This document shows, one piece after another, positions 38,034 to 48,268 of a DNA stretch of 58,855 bases. Under the pieces are notes generated by a model. It did no database searches and had not been told where the DNA came from. It saw only the letters and a list, made by a program, of their open reading frames with translations. The DNA comes from a candidate division FCPU426 bacterium (lineage in GTDB: Bacteria; Oederibacteriota; Muellerivitia; Muellerivitales; Muellerivitaceae). Position numbers and translations under genes: made by a program. The stretch lies in the NCBI GenBank assembly GCA_963847625.1, contig CAWKAR010000031.1, positions 1 through 58,855 of the forward strand, read 5' to 3'. Every line of letters starts with the position of its first letter. Position 1 is the stretch's first letter.

Positions 38034-40024
38034 TTCGCGTCTCCTTTTTGTCCTGCCTTGGCGAGGGCCTCATTGAGTTTTTGCTGGAGCCCGGCGTTCC
38101 CGGGCAGGATCTTATCGGCCGACTGGTACATCTTGACCGCTTCCGGAAATTCTCCCTGCTGCATGTAAAGGTCCCCAAGCCTCAGATAAAAAACCGCTTC
38201 ATTTGGGGAAAGCATGAGCCCTTTCTTATACCAAACCAGGGCTTCCTTGATATTCCCTCTTTTATGGTAAAAGGACCCAAGGCTGTCCAGGTATTCCGGT
38301 TCGAAGGGATTGAGCGTATAGGCGGTCTTAAACGCCTCCTCCGATTCCTTGAACTTTTTCATGTTCCAATGGGTGACGCCTAGGTCGCTGTAGGCGTCGG
38401 CATAACCGGGGTTGACCCGAAGCGCTCCCTGGATCGCCTCCAGGGCCTGGGCATGTTTGCCCTGCGACTCCAAAGCATGCCAGAGGCGGTGGTACAGTTC
38501 GGGCGGGGGATTCCCCCCGTAAAGAATGATGGACTGTTGGAACTCCATAGCCGCCTCCATGGGGCTGTGGAGTTTCATGAGGATAGACCCCTTCTCATCG
38601 TGGTAGAGGGGATCGGGAGGGGGAAGGGCGATGGCCCGGTCGTATTCCTGTATGGCGTCCCCTAAGCGCCCGGCCTTCTCATAGGTGCGGGCCAGGTCGG
38701 CGTGGACCAGTGCGACATTCGGGTTCACCCGCGCCACATCCTGCCAAAGGGAAATGGAATTCTTCCACACTCCCAACTGATTGAGGGTTACCCCGCCGAG
38801 GGCCCCCGCCAAGACCAGGCACAACAGGAACAATGCATTAGGCTTTCCCTTAAAAAGGGAAGCCAGGAACCCGGAGGCCAGAAGAAACAATCCCAGGCTG
38901 GGCAGGTAGGTATAACGGTCCGCGGCTTCCTGCATTCCCGCCTGGATGAGCCCCAGGACCGGGATTTCCGTGAGGATGTAATAAACCCAGGCCGCGGCCA
39001 GGTACGGCTTTTTTTTTCGATACTCATAACAGGCCAGGGAGATAACTATGACGCAAAAAGCCGCCACAATGTTGGCGCCTGAAAAGGGGTCCTGCTCCTC
39101 GGTGATGGGATAAAAAGGCGACAAGTGCCATGGAAAGGCCATCTTGGAAAGATAAAAACCCAGGGAATGGAAAGCGTTCATGATCCGATCGACCGGGGAA
39201 AATTTCCGCAGGTTGATCAAGGAAGAGGATTGGTACTGGGCCAGGATCGCCACGGCGGCCAAGGTGGCGCCCGCCGCCAGGAAAAGAATTTTTTCCTTTA
39301 ACAGCCTAGAAAATCCCATCCGATAACGGCCCAAAGGCCATGCGTCCAGGATCAAAAGAACCAGCGGAAGGGTCATGGCCATGGGCTTGGACATCAAGGC
39401 GAGCAGGAACAACCCCAAGCTGGCCCATAATTTCCAGGTTTTCGATTCCCTCCGGGACGCGTAATCCAGGTAGAACAGGAGGCTGGCCAGGAAAAAGGAC
39501 GCGCATAAGACGTCCTTGCGCTCCGAGGCCCATGCGACGGATTCCACGTGGATGGGATGGAGTCCGAACAAGAGGGCGGCCAGGACCGCCCCTGCCGCAC
39601 CTTGAAGGACGCTCCTGGTTCCCGATCCAGGCGCCCCCTCTCCTGGAGCCGGGCGAAACAGGCGCAAGCCCAGGAAATAAACCAGGACGGTGTTCAACAC
39701 ATGGAGAAGCAGGTTGTGGAGGTGGTAGACCCAGGGATTCAAGGCGCCCACGCTGTAATCCAGGGCCAGGGAAAACCAGGCCAGGGGAATCCAGTTGCCC
39801 GTGTAAAAAGTGGTTGCCATCCATTTGAGGGAGGAAAGCTGGAGAGAGTGGATGTTGGCGTTATCGGTGATGTAAACCGGATCGTCCCACAGCACCAATT
39901 CATGGCCAAGGACCGGGAGGTAAAAAAGAAATACGGCAAAGGCCGGGAGAAGGGATAGGTACCAGGTCAGGCGCTGGGCGGCCCCCGGGTCCTTTTCAGG
40001 TATCAGAACTTTTTCGCTTGGCAT
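38030..40024 (-). CDS. TMTC-like GT-C membrane protein with C-terminal TPR repeats
   Basis: LWDD..YI, YHLHNLLLH, HPIHVESVAWASERKD, ALMSKPMA, ADRYTYLP, then TPRs. Confidence 0.85.
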   Translation of the reverse strand: MPSEKVLIPEKDPGAAQRLTWYLSLLPAFAVFLFYLPVLGHELVLWDDPVYITDNANIHSLQLSSLKWMATTFYTGNWIPLAWFSLALDYSVGALNPWVYHLHNLLLHVLNTVLVYFLGLRLFRPAPGEGAPGSGTRSVLQGAAGAVLAALLFGLHPIHVESVAWASERKDVLCASFFLASLLFYLDYASRRESKTWKLWASLGLFLLALMSKPMAMTLPLVLLILDAWPLGRYRMGFSRLLKEKILFLAAGATLAAVAILAQYQSSSLINLRKFSPVDRIMNAFHSLGFYLSKMAFPWHLSPFYPITEEQDPFSGANIVAAFCVIVISLACYEYRKKKPYLAAAWVYYILTEIPVLGLIQAGMQEAADRYTYLPSLGLFLLASGFLASLFKGKPNALFLLCLVLAGALGGVTLNQLGVWKNSISLWQDVARVNPNVALVHADLARTYEKAGRLGDAIQEYDRAIALPPPDPLYHDEKGSILMKLHSPMEAAMEFQQSIILYGGNPPPELYHRLWHALESQGKHAQALEAIQGALRVNPGYADAYSDLGVTHWNMKKFKESEEAFKTAYTLNPFEPEYLDSLGSFYHKRGNIKEALVWYKKGLMLSPNEAVFYLRLGDLYMQQGEFPEAVKMYQSADKILPGNAGLQQKLNEALAKAGQKGDAK

Positions 40025-40197
40025 CTTTTTCCCCCACGAAAAGCCGCATTCTAACAAATCCCCCGCTCCTGGGCAAAATGTGAGAAAAGCGGGAAGGGAG
40101 GCCGGAAAAAGGCTCTTTTTTCGGTCTTTACCCTCATTTGGGATGTGAAATGAGGGTCCGCCCCCTGCTAGAATGGGCGCCAAATCCAGGAGGCCCC

Positions 40198-41298
40198 ATG
40201 GCCGCGCAGTTCAAAATTTCACGGCAGAACATTTTCGTCATCGCGTTTTTCGTCCTTCTCATCGGCCTGCTCAGCCTTCTGCTGACCGTTTTGCATCCCT
40301 TTCTCCGGGCGTTCGTCTGGGCCACCATCCTGGTCATGGTCTTTTACCCCCTCTATTCCCGTATTCTGGCCTGGACCGGCGGCCGGAGGAACCTGGCATC
40401 CCTCCTTGTCACCTTGCTGGTCCTGGCCCTGATCGCCGTGCCGGGATTTTTCGTCGTGGTCAACATGGGGCGGGAACTTCCCCGCGCTTATTCCTACCTC
40501 TCAACCTCACAATGGGATGAGAAAAACCAGTGGCTTTTGGAACGGCTGAAGTCCGTGCACGTGGATTCCTGGCTGCAGAACTGGGGGGTCGATCCCAGCC
40601 AAACGGAAACGGTCCTGCGCAAGGAAATGCTCAGCGTCTTTCAGGATATATCCCAAATGGTCCTGGACAAGGTCACTTATTTCTTCCGGAACCTGGCAGG
40701 GCTCATCCTGGAGACCTTTTTCGCGGCGGTGGCGTTGTTCTTTTTTTTCCGGGACGGGGCCCGGTTGGCCTTCAGGGCCATTGAAACCCTTCCCCTGGAA
40801 AAAAGCTACCGCAACAAGGTCGTGCACACCTTATCCGTGACGGTCACCGCGGTGGTTCGGGCCATCTTCCTGACCGCCCTCTTGCAGGGGTTCTTAGCCT
40901 GCATGGGATTCGTCATCACGGGCGCCCCGGTGCCCATCCTGCTGGGGTTGGTGGCCTTCGTGAACTCCTTCATTCCATTCCTCGGCGCCGCCTCGGTTTG
41001 GATTCCCGTGACCATCTGGTTCTTCTACCAGGGGCAGGTCGCCACGGCGGTGGGCCTGGCCTGCTGGGGCATCATCATCACCATCGTGGACCATATCCTG
41101 AGGCCCTGGCTCATCGGCCACGATGCCAAGCTCCCCATCTTTTGGCTTTTTTTCACGACCATCGGCGGTCTGAAGGTTTACGGTTTACTGGGAATTTTCC
41201 TGGGACCCATCATCCTCTCCATGGGAATGGCTTTTTTGGCCATCTACCGGGAGGTTTACCTGCACCTCAAAACCCCCGCCAAAGCCCCCAAATCCTAA
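40198..41298 (+). CDS. AI-2E (UPF0118) family transporter
   Basis: AGGAGG SD; LFFFFRDG, IPFLGA, DHILRP, GLLGIFLGP. Confidence 0.9.
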   Translation: MAAQFKISRQNIFVIAFFVLLIGLLSLLLTVLHPFLRAFVWATILVMVFYPLYSRILAWTGGRRNLASLLVTLLVLALIAVPGFFVVVNMGRELPRAYSYLSTSQWDEKNQWLLERLKSVHVDSWLQNWGVDPSQTETVLRKEMLSVFQDISQMVLDKVTYFFRNLAGLILETFFAAVALFFFFRDGARLAFRAIETLPLEKSYRNKVVHTLSVTVTAVVRAIFLTALLQGFLACMGFVITGAPVPILLGLVAFVNSFIPFLGAASVWIPVTIWFFYQGQVATAVGLACWGIIITIVDHILRPWLIGHDAKLPIFWLFFTTIGGLKVYGLLGIFLGPIILSMGMAFLAIYREVYLHLKTPAKAPKS

Positions 41299-41379
41299 AA
41301 GACCCTGTCTTGTCTTGCTTTCGCCCGGGGATTTCCGACAATATTCACCATTCAGGAAGGCCGTTTCAGGAGGAATAGG

Positions 41380-42528
41380 ATGCGTTACCGTTCACTGGGC
41401 AACACCGGTTTGAAGATCAGTGAGATCGGCTTCGGGGCCTGGGCCATCGGGGGAACCGCTTGGGGGCCGCAGGATGACACGGATTCGAGGCTGGCCCTCC
41501 ACAAGGCCCTCGACATGGGCTGCAACTTCATCGACACCGCGGCGGTCTACGGCGACGGCCATAGCGAGAAGCTGATCGGCGGCGTCCTGAAGGAGCGCGG
41601 GGAACGCCCGGTCGTGGCTACCAAGGTCCCCCCGAAAAACTGGCAGTGGGACAACAAATCCGGCACTCCCCTTCTGGATACTTTCCCGCCCGAATGGGTT
41701 TCCTCCTATGCGGAGAAGTCCCTGGGGAATCTCGGGTTGGACTGCCTGGATGTGCTGCAACTCCACACCTGGCTGGCGGAATGGAACGCCCAGGCCGAGC
41801 CCCTCCTGGGCGAAATCGCCCGGCTAAAGCGGGAGGGAAAAATCCGCGCTTTCGGTATTTCCCTGGGGGACAAGGGGCCCGACGAGGCGAATGACCTCGT
41901 CCGTTGGAGACAGGTGGATACCCTTCAAGTCTTCTTCAACCTTCTCTACCAGGATCCGATTTGGAAGCTTTTTCCCCTGGCCGGGCAATACGGGACGGGA
42001 ATCATCGCCCGGGTGCCCATGGCCTTCGGGGCCCTGAGCGGGAAATTCACGGCCCAGACCCGTTTCGCCGGGGACGACCACCGCCGAAACCTCTACGAGG
42101 GGGAGAACCTGAAAACCACCCTGGAAAAAGTGGAAAAATTGAATTTCCTGAAAAAGCCCTCCCGGCCGCTGGCGGAAGCCGCCTTGAAATGGACGCTGGC
42201 CTATCCGGAAGTTTCCACCTCCATCCCCGGAATCCGCAACCTCCGGCAGGCGGAACTCAATTGCGCCGCGGGGGACGGCCCGGTCTTGAGGCCCGCCGAA
42301 GTGAAGAAGGTTGAAAAGCTTTACTGGAATAATTTCGGTTTGCCGGTTAAAAAAGTTACCTCCCTGGAGGGAATCCACGCGGTCCTTCTCTCCGGGTTTA
42401 AACTCGTTTCCCGGGACGCCTCCAAGCCAAAACCCGGGAAACCGCCCCGGAAGAAGTCCACGGGGAAGAAAAATAAAAAAGCCGGGAAGAAAACCAAGTT
42501 TCGCCTGGGGAAAAAAAGGAAAAAATGA
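41380..42528 (+). CDS. Aldo/keto reductase with Lys-rich C-terminal tail
   Basis: YRSLGNTGLKISEIGFGAW, FIDTAAVYGDGHSE, ATK, LQLH, IPG. Confidence 0.92.
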   Translation: MRYRSLGNTGLKISEIGFGAWAIGGTAWGPQDDTDSRLALHKALDMGCNFIDTAAVYGDGHSEKLIGGVLKERGERPVVATKVPPKNWQWDNKSGTPLLDTFPPEWVSSYAEKSLGNLGLDCLDVLQLHTWLAEWNAQAEPLLGEIARLKREGKIRAFGISLGDKGPDEANDLVRWRQVDTLQVFFNLLYQDPIWKLFPLAGQYGTGIIARVPMAFGALSGKFTAQTRFAGDDHRRNLYEGENLKTTLEKVEKLNFLKKPSRPLAEAALKWTLAYPEVSTSIPGIRNLRQAELNCAAGDGPVLRPAEVKKVEKLYWNNFGLPVKKVTSLEGIHAVLLSGFKLVSRDASKPKPGKPPRKKSTGKKNKKAGKKTKFRLGKKRKK

Positions 42529-43085
42529 TCAAACCCTGGAAAAAACTGGGGGAAAAGGTGGCTTTTGACTGCGACTTTTTCAAAATCCATACCCGGGAAA
42601 GTGCCTCCCCGACCACCGGTAAACCCCATTCTTTTTACGTTCTGTCGACCCGGTCCTGGACCAATATCATCGCAATAACGCCGGACAAGAAGGTGCTGCT
42701 CGTTTCCCAATTCCGCCACGGGATCGGGGAAATCAGCCTGGAAACCCCCGGCGGGGCGGTGGACCCGTCGGACGGCACGCCTGAGCGGACCGCCAGGCGG
42801 GAATTGCTGGAGGAAACGGGCCACGAGGCGCCCGAATGGCACCTTTTGGGGGTGGTGCGGCCCAACCCCGCCATCCTCGACAATTCTTGTTACTTTTACC
42901 TGGCGCTGGGGGCCAAACAAACCGCCTCCCTCAAGCTGGACGAGACCGAGGAATTGGAGCTGAACCTGGTGGATTTGAAAGAGATTCCCGGCATGATCCG
43001 GGAAGGCAAGATCCAGCATGCCTTGGTGGTGGCGGCTTTCCATTTCCTCGATCTTTATCGTCAGGAAAATCCCGGCAAATTTTAA
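42525..43085 (+). CDS. NUDIX hydrolase (ADP-ribose pyrophosphatase-like)
   Basis: QFRHG, ETPGGAVD..ARRELLEETG Nudix box; ATGA overlap with the AKR gene. Confidence 0.9.
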   Translation: MIKPWKKLGEKVAFDCDFFKIHTRESASPTTGKPHSFYVLSTRSWTNIIAITPDKKVLLVSQFRHGIGEISLETPGGAVDPSDGTPERTARRELLEETGHEAPEWHLLGVVRPNPAILDNSCYFYLALGAKQTASLKLDETEELELNLVDLKEIPGMIREGKIQHALVVAAFHFLDLYRQENPGKF

Positions 43086-43255
43086 GGTCTCCGCCTTTCC
43101 TTCGCCTGAGATTGCCATGTTTTTCGGGGATAAGCGCTTCCTCCATGGATAAAAAATAAATTTTATCTCCCCTTGCAGTCATTTTTAAAGAAGTGTAGTT
43201 TAATCTTAAATCTTGGGTAAACCTTATAGGTCGTCCCATATAAAAGAGGTCAACC

Positions 43256-43849
43256 ATGTCACGCATATGTGTTTTTATCGATGGAAGCAACCTTTATTTC
43301 GCCTTGAAGCGGAATAATAAAATGACGCGGGTGGACTATTACCAGTTCTCCCTGGCCGTAACAGGAGAAAAGCGCAAGCTCATCCGGACCTACTACTACA
43401 ACGCCGTGTTCGACACCACGCATTTTTCCGATAAAGCCAAGAGCCAGCAGTCCTTCTTCGATTCCCTGGACCGTACCCCCTACCTGGAACTGCGCCTGGG
43501 CCGGATCATCCAGAACCGGGAAGGCCACCGCATGGAAAAGGGTGTGGACGTGCGCATGGCGGCGGATATGGTGTTCTACGCCGCCCGCGATTTCTATGAC
43601 ACGGCCATCGTGGTGACCGAGGATCAGGACTTCTCGCCCGCCATGGGACTGGTGAAGGAACTGGGCAAGCATGTTGAACTGGCCATCTTCCCAGACGCCC
43701 AGAGCCGGGAAATGATAAGGGTGGCCGACCGCATCATCAGCCTGGATGAGGTCGTGAACACCCATTCGGCCCAGATCTTCCCGCCCCAGCCCGAGGAACA
43801 CATAGCAGCGCCCGCCGCCACCGAAGAGGAAATGGCTTACGGGGTCTGA
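43256..43849 (+). CDS. NYN/LabA-DUF88 PIN-like domain protein
   Basis: VFIDGSN, RTYYY, EKGVDV..AADM, VVTEDQDF. Confidence 0.9.
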   Translation: MSRICVFIDGSNLYFALKRNNKMTRVDYYQFSLAVTGEKRKLIRTYYYNAVFDTTHFSDKAKSQQSFFDSLDRTPYLELRLGRIIQNREGHRMEKGVDVRMAADMVFYAARDFYDTAIVVTEDQDFSPAMGLVKELGKHVELAIFPDAQSREMIRVADRIISLDEVVNTHSAQIFPPQPEEHIAAPAATEEEMAYGV

Positions 43850-43886
43850 ACCAAAAGGCAACGGCGGATTTTATGAAGGTTGAAAT

Positions 43887-43929
43887 AAAAAACCCTCTTC
43901 ACCTAACGGCAAAAGGGGTTTTGTTTTTT
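43887..43929. terminator. Probable terminator between convergent NYN and GH27 genes
   Basis: AAAACCCTCTT...AAGGGGTTTT flanked by A and T runs. Confidence 0.55.
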
Positions 43930-44002
43930 AGCCAAGCTTTGGATGGGTGGTTCTAAAACAAGAAATGAATGTGGAAATTTCTTTTCTCGTGATCATGTTT
44001 TC

Positions 44003-45256
44003 TCACTTATGAGAAGTGCCGACCACTTTCAATAAAACCACCGCATGGGAGTGAACGAAAGCCTTATAGCCGCCTTCAAAAGTCCCCATGTCCTCGTGTT
44101 TCCAGAGATCCCGAACCTTCGCCGTGCTCCCCAAGATGCCGATGTCATTCCAATTCACCGTGATGGTTTCATCCCAATCTGATCGGTTGAATAGCGCCAC
44201 CGCCCGCGCAAAGATTCCTTTCAACACCTTGGAATAGACACATAATCCTTTTCCATCGTCCCACATCTTGACCCCCTGCATTCCAAACGGGTCCTGGTCC
44301 ACCGCGATGACTTCCTGGTTGACCAGGATTTCCCTGATCTTTTCCGGCATCTTTCGCACGTCATTGCCGGCAATGAGGGGCGCCGCCATCATGGCCCACA
44401 TGCTGAAATGGGAACGCATCTCCTCGTCCGTCAACCCCTTGTTCCCCACTAATTCCGAGGTTCCCAGACAGGCGCGGTCATGCTGAAGGTCCGCGACGTT
44501 ATAACAACCCACTACCATCATATCGGGGTCGTTCCATTTTCCCGGCTCGGCATAAGAAGCCCATTTCTCGTTTTGGTCGATGATTTCCACGATTGTGTCC
44601 CAGTTATCGCTGATGTCGCCCGTCGTGCGCCATAAATTGCCCATCGCGGGCATCCAGTCTTTGAAACTCCAAGCGCAGATGCTGAATACGATGGGACGCC
44701 CGGTGGCCGCGAGAGCGTCACGCATTCGGCGGTAATCCCCTTCCTGGGTGGAGAACAGAGCTGGGTTGCAGTTGTCATATTTGACGTAGTCCACTCCCCA
44801 GGCGGCGAAATCTTCCGCGTCTGTTTTTTCAAATCCGTAGGAGCCTGGGCTGTGTTTTGCGCAGGTCGGGGTTCCCCGGTCGGAATAAATGCCGAATTTC
44901 AAGCCACGAGCGTGGAGATAATCGGCTACGGGCTTGAACCCGCCCGGGAATTTAACCGGATCGGGCTGGAGATGACCGTTGAGCCGCTTGGGAAGCGCCC
45001 AGCCATCGTCGATATTGACGTATTGGTATCCCGCGTCCCTCATGCCGTTGGTGACCATGGCATCCGCGACTTGGCGGAGCAGGGCATCGCTGACACCGTC
45101 CATGAAGGTATTCCAGGAGTTCCATCCCATGGGAGGGGTCAAGGCAAAGCCGTTGGAGGGATTTACCGAGGCGGATTGCTGCGAGCAACTTTCTAAAACG
45201 ATCCCCAATCCGAGGACCGCTAAAAAAACGATTATAGTTCTCGTAAATTCCTCCAT
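44003..45256 (-). CDS. Glycoside hydrolase family 27 (alpha-galactosidase-like), exported
   Basis: TPPMGWNSWN, NIDDGW, WGVDYVKYDNC, WRTTGDI, WNDPDM, APLIAGND. Confidence 0.93.
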   Translation of the reverse strand: MEEFTRTIIVFLAVLGLGIVLESCSQQSASVNPSNGFALTPPMGWNSWNTFMDGVSDALLRQVADAMVTNGMRDAGYQYVNIDDGWALPKRLNGHLQPDPVKFPGGFKPVADYLHARGLKFGIYSDRGTPTCAKHSPGSYGFEKTDAEDFAAWGVDYVKYDNCNPALFSTQEGDYRRMRDALAATGRPIVFSICAWSFKDWMPAMGNLWRTTGDISDNWDTIVEIIDQNEKWASYAEPGKWNDPDMMVVGCYNVADLQHDRACLGTSELVGNKGLTDEEMRSHFSMWAMMAAPLIAGNDVRKMPEKIREILVNQEVIAVDQDPFGMQGVKMWDDGKGLCVYSKVLKGIFARAVALFNRSDWDETITVNWNDIGILGSTAKVRDLWKHEDMGTFEGGYKAFVHSHAVVLLKVVGTSHK

Positions 45257-45278
45257 GTCGTGGACAGGAAATGCATAT

Positions 45279-46571
45279 TCAGAAAGTCCCAGGATAATGT
45301 TTCTTTAAAAATCCCCCCGCTTTGCTCGCGGGGACCTCCATGAACTCATTCAATTTTGGGACAAAAAACAAGAGAGGTGTTAGAAGAATCACCAGCAACC
45401 CCATGAATAGCAATGATACGGTAAGGCCCGCCTGGGCGATTAATAAACTTGCCCCGGCTAGGCCCAATGGGGAAATTCCCATGCACAAAAAATCCATAAT
45501 GGAATTAATTCTGGCGCGGTGGGAATCCGGAGTAACCAAAGCGATCTGGGTACCCGTTTGAATATTCGCCCACGAACTTCCAAGCCCGAACAAAAACATC
45601 ATGATGAGGGGAAGAAGAAGACTCGGGGACCACGGCAAGAGTAGTACGCCCAAACCCATTATCTCCACGGAAGAAATCAAAATCATACGGCGCTTAAAAT
45701 ACCTCTGTAATAGGTTCAAACTAAACGCGCCAATGATAGCGCCCAAGGCAACACTGCTATTCAGGCCGCCTAAATACCATGGGGGCATGTTTTTGCCTAT
45801 TTTGGCGAACATAGGAAGTACCACTGACAGGGGGGAAAACGCGAAATTTGTCACCATGGCCGACATGCAAATCCAAAAGAGAACAGGGATCTTAAAAAGA
45901 ATCCTGAAACCATCGAAAAGTTCCTTTTTCCAATGGGATAGGGATTTCGTGGAGAAGACGCTTCTATTCCTTTTTGGAATGGTGTTTGCTTTGATCAGGC
46001 TGGAGCTGAATCCCGCCACCAGGAATGATAGGGCGTCGATCAAAAAAGCTCCGAATATTCCCAAGAAAGAGACGATGATTCCCCCGGCGATCCCACCGAT
46101 GATTCCCCCAAACGACATGATGGCCTGGGATTGTTGCAAAGCTATTTGCAATTTATTTTTTTTGACGATTTGCGGTATGACCCCTTCCCCGGCTGAATCA
46201 AACAAGGCAGAGCCCATGGAGGCGGCGATATACAAACCCGCCAAAAGGCCCAAATGGAAGTAGTTGAAATAAACCATCCCAGCCATGAAACAGGCGATAA
46301 CGAACCTTCCCAGGTCCGCGATCACGATCAACTTTTTCCGGGAAAAGTTATCGCCGAGCGGGCCGAACAACGGCAGGAAAATGAGGTTCACCACCATGGC
46401 CGGGGCAAGGACGGAAGCCATGGCCTTGGCAGATCCGGTTTTTTCCAGTATCCACCAGGCCATCGCGATGCTGCTGCATTGGTTGCCTAGCAGGGATACG
46501 ACTTGTCCAAGACGAAATTTCCAGAAATCCCCGCCTAAAGACGAACCAAATATCTTCCGAAAAGAATTCAT
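45279..46571 (-). CDS. MFS transporter (DHA3/MefA-like)
   Basis: GQVVSLLG, GPLGDNFSRKKLIVIADL, ~12 TMs; visibly AT-richer than its neighbours. Confidence 0.88.
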   Translation of the reverse strand: MNSFRKIFGSSLGGDFWKFRLGQVVSLLGNQCSSIAMAWWILEKTGSAKAMASVLAPAMVVNLIFLPLFGPLGDNFSRKKLIVIADLGRFVIACFMAGMVYFNYFHLGLLAGLYIAASMGSALFDSAGEGVIPQIVKKNKLQIALQQSQAIMSFGGIIGGIAGGIIVSFLGIFGAFLIDALSFLVAGFSSSLIKANTIPKRNRSVFSTKSLSHWKKELFDGFRILFKIPVLFWICMSAMVTNFAFSPLSVVLPMFAKIGKNMPPWYLGGLNSSVALGAIIGAFSLNLLQRYFKRRMILISSVEIMGLGVLLLPWSPSLLLPLIMMFLFGLGSSWANIQTGTQIALVTPDSHRARINSIMDFLCMGISPLGLAGASLLIAQAGLTVSLLFMGLLVILLTPLLFFVPKLNEFMEVPASKAGGFLKKHYPGTF

Positions 46572-46630
46572 GAACCGACCTTTTTAATGGGCGACCTTAC
46601 AGCTAGAGATTCACTTTTCCGGCGGTGGGT

Positions 46631-47665
46631 TTAAAACAGGGGAAGCTGGTCGGGGGAGACTTTCACTAGGGAAGACCGTTTCTTACGGGGCTTTGGTGCG
46701 GGAGCCGCTGGAACAGCCGGTCCTTTTGTTCCAGCGGCAGGCGCGGCGACCGGCGGGGCGGGGTTTTCAGCCACCACGGACGATGGATTGACCGGCGTGG
46801 AGAAAGTTTGAAGCTTGCTTTCCCTCGCATCCTCTTTCCTTTTCTTCCGGTCCCCCACTGATTTTTTTCCTTCCTCGCATAAGGGCAGGTACTCGCACCA
46901 GGGACAAAGCGCGCTGGGTTTGGCCGGGTATTCCTTGGCGCTTTCGAGCGTCTTGATCCTGGAAACGTATTTCTGCTTGAGCCACTCGATTTCCCGGTTG
47001 TTCCTCTCCCCCACCACCTGGTCTTCCTCGAAAACCACGAAGTGCCAGATCAGCTTGATCTTTTCCTTCGGGCCGTAGCGGGGGTCCTGCTGGAGGCCGA
47101 TCTGGTAAAGGGCCAACTGGTCCTCGTTCTTCACGTCCTCGGGCCCCATCTTGCGGGAACTGGTCTTGTAATCGTGGATCCAAAGGGTCCCGTCCGAGTC
47201 CCGGCCCAGGCGGTCGATGTAACCCTGCATCCTGTATTTGCGCTGGGGGTCCAGGTTGAACAGCACCTTCTTTTCAATGGCCTCGGTCTTGTCCTGGTCG
47301 AAGGGATGGTAATGGTGGTAGTAGTTCTCCAGGCAAAGCTGGCCCTTTTGGAAGTAATCTTCCGGCGTCTGGCCCTCCTGGATGATTCGAAGGGTCTCGG
47401 AAAAACCTTTTTCCTCCCGCTTGCGCAGGGATATTTTCCACTGGCTTTCCCACTGGGCCTTGAAGTTATCCAGGACCTCGTTCACAGTGGGAATGCGTTG
47501 CGGCACCAGTCCGTAAAGGAATTCCATGGCCTCATGGAACCGGGATCCAAGGAAAAGCTCCACTCCCTCGGGAACCGGGGAGGGCGTCTTGAATAGATAG
47601 CGGTGTTGAAATTGCGAGGGGCAGGTGAAGTAAGTATTGATGCGGGAATAGGAATAAACCGTCAT
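46631..47665 (-). CDS. Stand-alone RecB/AddB-like PD-(D/E)xK nuclease with 4-Cys Fe-S staple
   Basis: SYSRINTYFTCP, GSRFH, GYIDRL, DYKT, QLALY, CPWC..LC; C-terminal QLPLF. Confidence 0.9.
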   Translation of the reverse strand: MTVYSYSRINTYFTCPSQFQHRYLFKTPSPVPEGVELFLGSRFHEAMEFLYGLVPQRIPTVNEVLDNFKAQWESQWKISLRKREEKGFSETLRIIQEGQTPEDYFQKGQLCLENYYHHYHPFDQDKTEAIEKKVLFNLDPQRKYRMQGYIDRLGRDSDGTLWIHDYKTSSRKMGPEDVKNEDQLALYQIGLQQDPRYGPKEKIKLIWHFVVFEEDQVVGERNNREIEWLKQKYVSRIKTLESAKEYPAKPSALCPWCEYLPLCEEGKKSVGDRKKRKEDARESKLQTFSTPVNPSSVVAENPAPPVAAPAAGTKGPAVPAAPAPKPRKKRSSLVKVSPDQLPLF

Positions 47666-47711
47666 GTGGGGATTATATAACGCAAAGTGGAAATCATTTT
47701 ACATTTTTCAT

Positions 47712-48182
47712 TTAATTCAGCCGATGAATGAGGTGACAGATGCCGTCGGCGAGGTAGAGTTCCAGCCGGGCCTTCCGGTCCCCCCAAACGTAGACTTTCC
47801 CGTCCCAACGTTGTTGGAAGGAGGGCGGCCAAAGTTTTTTCGTCCAGTAGTCCTGGAGTTCCTTTTCCTTGGACTCCGTCATGCTGGAGTGGTAGCGCCA
47901 CTCGGCCTGTTCCAGGATCTTGGTCTTGGAGTTGAAGTACAAATAAAAACCCGTGACCGCGGGGTCCCGGCTGACTCCCCGGTAGGCGATCTGCCTCTCG
48001 GTGCTCATGGCCTGGTCCACCTGCAGGGGTTTGGTGGAATAAAGAAACCATTGTTGTTTGACGTCTTCCATGTATTGGCCCAGGGTCAGGTCCTCCGCCA
48101 CTTGGAGCTTGGCCATTCCCCGGTCCGTCAAGTTACAGCCCGCCAGGGCCGCCAAACATAATAAGGGTATAAACCAGCGCAT
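47712..48182 (-). CDS. Hypothetical lipoprotein
   Basis: MRWFIPLLCLAALAGC lipobox. Confidence 0.7.
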   Translation of the reverse strand: MRWFIPLLCLAALAGCNLTDRGMAKLQVAEDLTLGQYMEDVKQQWFLYSTKPLQVDQAMSTERQIAYRGVSRDPAVTGFYLYFNSKTKILEQAEWRYHSSMTESKEKELQDYWTKKLWPPSFQQRWDGKVYVWGDRKARLELYLADGICHLIHRLN

Positions 48183-48268
48183 CGACAACCCTTTCCGAAA
48201 TAAGGTCCCCATCTATGATGTACCCGAAAGCCTTTTTTTCCAAGGGCGTGTTTGATACATTGGCGGCC

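Noticed and set aside
43256..43849. NYN protein as part of a defence system
   Set aside because: Stand-alone gene with host-like composition among housekeeping genes; no partner genes or repeats.
46631..47665. Cas4 of a CRISPR system
   Set aside because: No cas1/cas2 or array nearby; length and motifs fit stand-alone PDDEXK_1 nucleases.
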